In this document: positions 54,387 to 59,674 of the stretch, one piece after another
Numbering within the stretch: position 1 is the first letter of the stretch
Layout: each line of letters opens with the position of its first letter
From: a bacterium
GTDB lineage: Bacteria; UBP14; UBA6098; B30-G16
Direction of reading: 5' to 3'
Assembly: GCA_021159335.1 (NCBI GenBank)
Contig: JAGGRZ010000085.1
Location: 1-59,674, forward strand
Length of the DNA: 59,674 nucleotides
The notes under the pieces: model-generated
The model's input: the letters and a program-made list of their open reading frames with translations, nothing else
What the model was told of the DNA's origin: nothing
The model's database searches: none
Made by a program: the position numbers and the translations under genes

Positions 54387-55256
54387 TTACCTTTGACTTT
54401 CAAGAGGAACGCTTTGAAGAACTCTATTATCTATGGAGATTTTCGCCTGCATCCAGAGTTTGTTCTGATAGGCATCCATAGCCATCCTGCCAGCGCGCTG
54501 GGAAAGGTATGACTTTATGCGGTCTTTAACCTCATCAAAACTAAGATGTCTCGGTGGTTCCTTTTCAATAAGCTTTAAGATGTAATATGTACCGCCTATT
54601 TCTATCGGCTCCGATACCTCACCAGGCTTCAGCTTTTTTAACGCCTCAACGACCTTTGGTTTTAACCTGTTCTCGTAAATCCAGCCCGCATCACCGGACC
54701 TATTGTCCCCAACGCCTGGATATTTCTTGACGGCATCGTCCCAGCTTATGCTTCCATCTTTAAGTTTCTTTGAAACCTGATAAGCCAAGTCTTTGTCCGC
54801 AAAAACTAACTTCGCAAAGTGATAATTAGTCGTCACATCGAAGATTGAATCGTTAGCCTCGTAGAACTTTTTTGCCTGTTCATCGGTAACTTTCTGTCCA
54901 GCCTGCCGCGCCACCTGATTAAGAAGCACGCGAGCGTATATATCTTCCGCATATCTTTGCACCTCGCGCTTAACCGAACTAAGCGTATCTATACCGAGCT
55001 TTTTAGCCTCAGCTATGAGAAGCTTTTTCCTTATAATCGAATTCAACACCTCAGTTCGCCCAGCAGGTCCCTGAAGAACTCTTTGTTTGGCATCAGCAGA
55101 GAGCCGTCTGAATTCCGCCAGAAAGTCTCCGACCGTTATTTTTTCACCGTTAACCTCGGCTATAACCTCATCGAGATTCGGCGTGGTCGTCCCCTGCGCG
55201 AACAAAACCCCGAATGCGCTGAGAATAACCGCTGCTAAAATAAAATACCTCATCAA
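54387..55256 (-). CDS. Periplasmic parvulin-type peptidyl-prolyl isomerase (SurA/PrsA/PpiD-like)
   Basis: Signal peptide; SurA-N-like VIAEVNGEKITVGDF; parvulin domain ..GDAGWIYE..LKPGEVSEPIEIGGTYYILKL. Confidence 0.85.
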   Translation of the reverse strand: MMRYFILAAVILSAFGVLFAQGTTTPNLDEVIAEVNGEKITVGDFLAEFRRLSADAKQRVLQGPAGRTEVLNSIIRKKLLIAEAKKLGIDTLSSVKREVQRYAEDIYARVLLNQVARQAGQKVTDEQAKKFYEANDSIFDVTTNYHFAKLVFADKDLAYQVSKKLKDGSISWDDAVKKYPGVGDNRSGDAGWIYENRLKPKVVEALKKLKPGEVSEPIEIGGTYYILKLIEKEPPRHLSFDEVKDRIKSYLSQRAGRMAMDAYQNKLWMQAKISIDNRVLQSVPLESQR

Positions 55257-55373
55257 AACCTCCTTTTTTAGCTATAATTCTTACAAAAATAGGAATGGCT
55301 GGCTAATATGCAAACCAAATTAGAAGATTAGAGCCAAATTTCTTAATTTCACTTTAATCTTCATTCCCAAAAA

Positions 55374-56309
55374 TCATTTCAGATATACCGCTTTCTTCGT
55401 GATAATAAGACCATTTTGGAAAACAAATCGGAAGAAATATACCCCGCTTTCATTTTTGCCGTCAGGATTCCAGACAGCCTGCCCATTCTTTAATCTAATC
55501 ATGTCAATGCACCTTCCCCGTACATCGTAAATTCCAACGATACTTTCTGCCGGGGCTCTTATCCTGCATGAGGAATTAAACGGGTTCGGAGAAATTCCAA
55601 CAACTTGGTTCGAACGGGGCAAATCAACTCGATTTTCCTCTACACTGCTTACCGAATACGATATTAAATATGAATATTCGTAATCCCCCGTGGATGGGTC
55701 ATAGTCAGTCGATTTTACCAAACCCACATTCCTCGCAAGCCAAAAATTCATTATCGCATCAGTATACATTGTGTCATAAACCACAACTCCGCCAGCCCTA
55801 GCTGTAAAATGAACATACTGACTATCAAGCACTCTTACGCAATTTCTGAATATTCCGGCGGGCACGCTAACATCCTCTAGCCCTTTTATTCTGCCAATTA
55901 CTTTTAAAACATGTGTGAAATTCATTGAAGCTGAATCCCATGATGTGTCCATGGTGAAAACAAACCAGCTATCCCCTACTGAAAATGTGGTTGGAAGTAA
56001 TTTTAGAACTAATGATTCTTCAGGTTTTATAGCATAAATACCGTCTGGACGAATCTGAAAAAGTAATGAATCCGTCATACCTTCGGAAAATTTGATTCCC
56101 ACATATGTCGTGTATCCTGAGACTACCGTCTCGAAAATTATGCTGGTATGAGTAGTATCAATCACTACTGCTGATGAATCTATATAGTTCCAATAAAAGC
56201 CTACACCAAGCGGGAAATAACTCCTTGCATCGAAGATTATTTGGCTTTCTATGGCAAGCATAAAAGAAGTAAAAAATAAAAGAATAACGATAACCCTAAA
56301 TTTTAACAT
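55374..56309 (-). CDS. Secreted protein, unknown N-terminal domain, T9SS-type C-terminal sorting domain (tandem paralogue B)
   Basis: Signal peptide; YFPLGVGFYWNY, SVPAGIFRNCVRV; tail ISPNPFNSSCRIRAP..VGIYDVRGRCI..AVWNPDGKNESGVYFFRF. Confidence 0.7.
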   Translation of the reverse strand: MLKFRVIVILLFFTSFMLAIESQIIFDARSYFPLGVGFYWNYIDSSAVVIDTTHTSIIFETVVSGYTTYVGIKFSEGMTDSLLFQIRPDGIYAIKPEESLVLKLLPTTFSVGDSWFVFTMDTSWDSASMNFTHVLKVIGRIKGLEDVSVPAGIFRNCVRVLDSQYVHFTARAGGVVVYDTMYTDAIMNFWLARNVGLVKSTDYDPSTGDYEYSYLISYSVSSVEENRVDLPRSNQVVGISPNPFNSSCRIRAPAESIVGIYDVRGRCIDMIRLKNGQAVWNPDGKNESGVYFFRFVFQNGLIITKKAVYLK

Positions 56310-56392
56310 AAAATCACCCCCTTAATTTAAATACGGTTATTCTACCAAGAATTTTTAAACTAAAATCTCGATCGCTTCCCAAAAATACAATA

Positions 56393-57319
56393 TTACTTGA
56401 TGAATATCACTCTGGCGGACGCTCTTACTTTTCCATCTATATCTGTACTTATGATGTAAACCCCGCTGCCAATACCATCTTTTGGACGCCAAACAGCCGA
56501 ACCGTTTTCGGACTTTAGCGATTCAATAAGCTTACCAGTAACATCGAATATCTCGATCTTGGCTCCCTCAGGAACCCTTATGAAACACGCTGAATTAAAA
56601 GGATTGGGCGACACAATAAGGTCATTGTTAATCGGTTTTGCCGGGCTTTCGCTCACTTCTGCGAAGGAATGCGAGAGAAGTACTCTAAATTGGTCCGGGG
56701 ACATACCAGTTATGTCGTGGCCTATAGAGCGAACAACACCAATGTGCCGGGCATACCATACCTCTACAAGGTTTCCTCTGAATGTAGTATCAAGGAACGG
56801 CACACCACCAGAAAGAACCTGAAGATGAATTTCACCATCGGAAATAACCTTTATGCAATCGCTGAAAGAACCGGCAGGAACTGTAACATCCTCAAGTGTT
56901 TCAGCATGGCTCTCAACATCCATTTGGATATGATATGTGAATCCCGCTGAGTCCCAGCTTGAATCGAGAGAAAACATCGCCCATGAATCACCAATGCGAA
57001 ATGTAGCGGGTAAAATTTTCGTAGCACCCACTAATGTAATGTTATAAATGCCATCGGAACGAATCTGGATTAAGGATGTTTCAGCGGTATCCGCATAGGT
57101 ATAGACAATCACATATGCTGGCCCACCCGGAATCGTGGTGTCATCGACGATAGTATGAATTACTGTGTCGATACCAATTGCCGAAGAATCGAGGTAGTGC
57201 CATGTGTAGCCTACCCCAAGCGGTAAGTAATCTGTTGCTCTGAACTCAAGCTGTGATGCGAAAGCAAACGAAAGCCATAAAAAAGTGAAAGCTATAACCA
57301 AGCAAGCTTTGTTTCTCAT
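56393..57319 (-). CDS. Secreted protein, unknown N-terminal domain, T9SS-type C-terminal sorting domain (tandem paralogue A)
   Basis: Signal peptide; YLPLGVGYTWHY, TVPAGSFSDCIKV; tail VSPNPFNSACFIRVP..IEIFDVTGKLI..AVWRPKDGIGSGVYIIST. It is collinear with the downstream paralogue. Confidence 0.7.
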   Translation of the reverse strand: MRNKACLVIAFTFLWLSFAFASQLEFRATDYLPLGVGYTWHYLDSSAIGIDTVIHTIVDDTTIPGGPAYVIVYTYADTAETSLIQIRSDGIYNITLVGATKILPATFRIGDSWAMFSLDSSWDSAGFTYHIQMDVESHAETLEDVTVPAGSFSDCIKVISDGEIHLQVLSGGVPFLDTTFRGNLVEVWYARHIGVVRSIGHDITGMSPDQFRVLLSHSFAEVSESPAKPINNDLIVSPNPFNSACFIRVPEGAKIEIFDVTGKLIESLKSENGSAVWRPKDGIGSGVYIISTDIDGKVRASARVIFIK

Positions 57320-57507
57320 TTTCCACCTCCAGAATTTATAACTCTAAATTCAAATTATCGAGGTCTAAGTCAAAGTCAACATCAAATCCGCAGTAAAAAT
57401 AAGCTTTATTGCTCAATTGATTTTTCTTGTTAAGTTCGTCCATTTCGATTTTATTTGAAATAAAGCGTTAAAACATTTACTTTATCCGATGATAAAAGGA
57501 GGAAAAA

Positions 57508-58623
57508 ATGAAGGTATTAATATCGCGCAATGAACTATTGGACGCGGTATCAGCAGTCAGTTCAATAATCCCTGCACGGTCAACCCAGCCGGTCCTCGCG
57601 AACATACTTATTTCCACTGGCGAGGACAAGCTAACGCTTACCGGAACGGACAGAGAGCAAAGCCTTTTCATAAATATGCCTGCAGAAGTTGAGGAACCGG
57701 GTTCGATAGCTGTGGGAGCGAAAATGCTTTCGGATGTTATTCGCGCCATGGATGATGCCGACATAAGACTGGAAACAGACGACCTTCACCTAAACCTTCT
57801 CCAGGGACGGCACAGAATAAAGCTTCCCGGCGTTAGCCCACAGGACTTTCCAGAAGCTGAAATAGTAAGCGCACCAACAGTGGTTTTCACGCTGCCCACA
57901 TCATCACTCGTCGAATACCTCGACCTGACCACCTATGCTATGTCAACATACGCTGCCAGACCCTCACTCGCCGGGCTTTTATGCCAGTTTTTCCCGGAGG
58001 AGCTAAGAATGGTAGCTACCGATGGTCATAAACTTGCTCTCCTTAAGAAGCCTCATACTTTCGAACTCGAGGAAAAGCTTGAGCTCTTCATTCCCGAAAG
58101 AGCAGCTACGAGAATAAGCTCGCTTATATCAAAGACTGTGGCAGACGAGGTTGAAATAGCTGCGGGCAACGGCGCAGCACAATTCAGCGCCGATAACTTT
58201 AGATTCCAGACCAAACTTATCTCGGAAAAATTCCCCGACTACGAAAGAGTAATACCTACCGATAACGATAAAATAATGATAGCTGATAAAGAGGAACTCA
58301 TAAAGTGTGTCAAGTTGATGACAATTATAGCTAACAAGTTAACCTCACAGATAAAATTCACGCTTTCCAAGGGCAGCCTCGAGCTTTTCGCTCAGGACCT
58401 CGACACAGGTTCCGAGGGCACAGATGTTATAAGTGTTGACTATGATGGCGAACCTTTAGAGATTGGTTTCAACGGTAAAATGCTTCTCAACTTGCTCGAA
58501 CACATCCCTGCGGAGAATGTCAGATTCGCCATGCTCAATCCTACCACAGCATGCATAGTCGAGCCATTGCCCCAGCCTGAAGAGTACAAATATCTTTCGT
58601 TAATAATGCCAATCCGAATTTAA
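57508..58623 (+). CDS. dnaN: DNA polymerase III beta sliding clamp
   Basis: MKVLISRNELLDAVSAVSSIIPARSTQPVLANILI.. N-terminus, three-domain length of 371 aa, ending ..LIMPIRI. GGAGG SD. Confidence 0.95.
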   Translation: MKVLISRNELLDAVSAVSSIIPARSTQPVLANILISTGEDKLTLTGTDREQSLFINMPAEVEEPGSIAVGAKMLSDVIRAMDDADIRLETDDLHLNLLQGRHRIKLPGVSPQDFPEAEIVSAPTVVFTLPTSSLVEYLDLTTYAMSTYAARPSLAGLLCQFFPEELRMVATDGHKLALLKKPHTFELEEKLELFIPERAATRISSLISKTVADEVEIAAGNGAAQFSADNFRFQTKLISEKFPDYERVIPTDNDKIMIADKEELIKCVKLMTIIANKLTSQIKFTLSKGSLELFAQDLDTGSEGTDVISVDYDGEPLEIGFNGKMLLNLLEHIPAENVRFAMLNPTTACIVEPLPQPEEYKYLSLIMPIRI

Positions 58624-59674
58624 TGGGCATAGATGGTGCAAAAATAATTCTTGGAACGACAGGCTCGATAGCGGTTTACAAAGCGGTCTGCCTTGGAAGG
58701 GAGCTTATAAAAAACGGTGCCGAAGTTAGGGTTATAATGACCGAAAACAGTGCCCGCTTCGTGAGCCCCATGACTTTTCGCTCGGCGTTGTCAACAAAGG
58801 TTCTTGTTACTTCGTTTGAGGACGATGAGGAGTATCACCTTGCCCATATAAAATGGGCCGAGTGGGCAGACTTGATACTAATAGCTCCTGCAACCGCCAA
58901 TTTTATTGCTAAAGCAGCCAACGGTATTGCTGACGACCTTCTATCAACGACACTGCTTGCCGCACGCTGTCAGGTGGTATTCGTGCCAGCTATGAATACA
59001 TTTATGTACCTAAACCCTGTTACTGTCCAAAATATAAGGAAACTTGAGGAACTGGGCTACTATGTGATGCCTACCGAAAGTGGTGAGCTCGCTTGCGGTG
59101 AACTCGGCGCAGGAAGATTCCCCAAAACGAAGAAAATAGTGGAATACATCGAGGATATACTTATCAGGCGTAAAAAACTTAAAGACAAAAAAATCCTTAT
59201 AACCGCAGGCCCAACAAGGGAGTACATCGACCCTGTTCGCTTTATATCAAATGCTTCAAGCGGGTTTATGGGAGTTGCGCTTTCGGATTCAGCTATGCGC
59301 ATGGGAGCGTCAGTAACGCTTATTCATGGTCCCATATCCGTGCCCCCACCCCCAGTGAAAGCAATCGAGGTAACAAGCGCCGACGAAATGTATGAAGCTG
59401 TGCTTTCCGAATTTGGGAAGTGCGATGTCGTGTTAATGGCAGCTGCCGTTGCCGATTTTTCCCCACAGACCCAATACGAACAAAAAATGAAAAAAGAAAA
59501 CAATAATACCGTAACAATAACGCTCAGCAAAACCCCTGACATACTCGCTGAACTCGGCAAACGAAAAAAGAATCACACCCTTGTGGGTTTCTCGCTCGAA
59601 ACAGAAAACATTATTGAGAACGCGCGAAAAAAACTTTTCGAAAAAAACCTTGACCTCATAATCGCCAATAAACC
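58623..59674 (+). CDS. coaBC: Bifunctional phosphopantothenoylcysteine decarboxylase / phosphopantothenate--cysteine ligase (3' end outside window)
   Basis: Absent from the supplied ORF track because it runs off the window. ATG 58623 overlaps the dnaN stop (TAATG). My translation reads MGIDGAKIILGTTGSIAVYKAV.., PATANFIAKAANGIADDLL, PAMN (CoaC half), then ILITAGPTREYIDPVRFISNASSGFMG and AAAVADF (CoaB half). No stop occurs before nt 59674. Confidence 0.93.
   Translation, partial: MGIDGAKIILGTTGSIAVYKAVCLGRELIKNGAEVRVIMTENSARFVSPMTFRSALSTKVLVTSFEDDEEYHLAHIKWAEWADLILIAPATANFIAKAANGIADDLLSTTLLAARCQVVFVPAMNTFMYLNPVTVQNIRKLEELGYYVMPTESGELACGELGAGRFPKTKKIVEYIEDILIRRKKLKDKKILITAGPTREYIDPVRFISNASSGFMGVALSDSAMRMGASVTLIHGPISVPPPPVKAIEVTSADEMYEAVLSEFGKCDVVLMAAAVADFSPQTQYEQKMKKENNNTVTITLSKTPDILAELGKRKKNHTLVGFSLETENIIENARKKLFEKNLDLIIANK

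Noticed and set aside
54269-54481. 70-aa plus-strand ORF
   Set aside because: Its TTG start is the TTGACA of a promoter-like element. It runs straight through an intrinsic terminator hairpin and then antisense into the PPIase gene. The region is better explained as non-coding (see the sRNA candidate).
57320-57507. Intergenic region upstream of dnaN, considered as an origin or dnaA remnant
   Set aside because: No dnaA gene is present. The only box-like element (TTATCCGAT) differs at three positions from the consensus. The region is adequately explained as a divergent promoter region.
1-59674. Scan for CRISPR arrays, rRNA genes, transposases, integrases, phage or toxin-antitoxin modules
   Set aside because: No regularly spaced direct repeats, no rRNA-like sequence, and no ORF with transposase, integrase or recombinase motifs was recognised. 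The only HEPN-like ORF has no nucleotidyltransferase partner and no catalytic His.

Overview
About 60 kb of densely coding bacterial chromosome with roughly 50 genes. It most likely comes from an uncultivated diderm anaerobe of an FCB-like or candidate-phylum lineage. Supporting signs are strong GGAGG Shine-Dalgarno sites, frequent TTG/GTG starts, an Rnf complex, many Fe-S proteins and outer-membrane barrels. Seven proteins end in the PNPFN..(I/V)YD..G..V..W...SG(V/I)Y C-terminal sorting domain typical of type IX secretion (T9SS) cargo. Housekeeping content: dnaX-ybaB, trpS, tRNA-Glu/tRNA-Val, lepB, lon, ispH (fused), an sbcD-like nuclease, coaE, rnfD-G-E-x-A-B, metG, an lptF/G-like permease, an RND pump, trmO, hypB, ino1, a parvulin PPIase, dnaN and a 3'-truncated coaBC. 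The stand-out region is a ~16.5 kb minus-strand block (12083-28533). It encodes two giant CTD-bearing surface proteins (1151 and 1531 aa), a PorV-like barrel fused to a TPR domain, an atypical ExbB/ExbD/ExbD/poly-Pro-lipoprotein motor, and a 1102-aa TPR-PEGA-NHL protein, closed by a clean terminator. I propose it as a candidate self-contained cargo export/attachment module. Other oddities: IspH fused to a ~9-helix UbiA-like membrane domain; a histidine-free HEPN-like ORF translationally coupled inside an rnf operon that lacks rnfC; an exported Memo-AMMECR1 fusion with degenerate active-site motifs, coupled to an M23 peptidase; an inositol-lipid-type gene cluster; and a possible C-rich small RNA. 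No CRISPR array, rRNA, transposase or integrase was recognised. All family assignments come from motif reading by eye and need HMM or structure confirmation.
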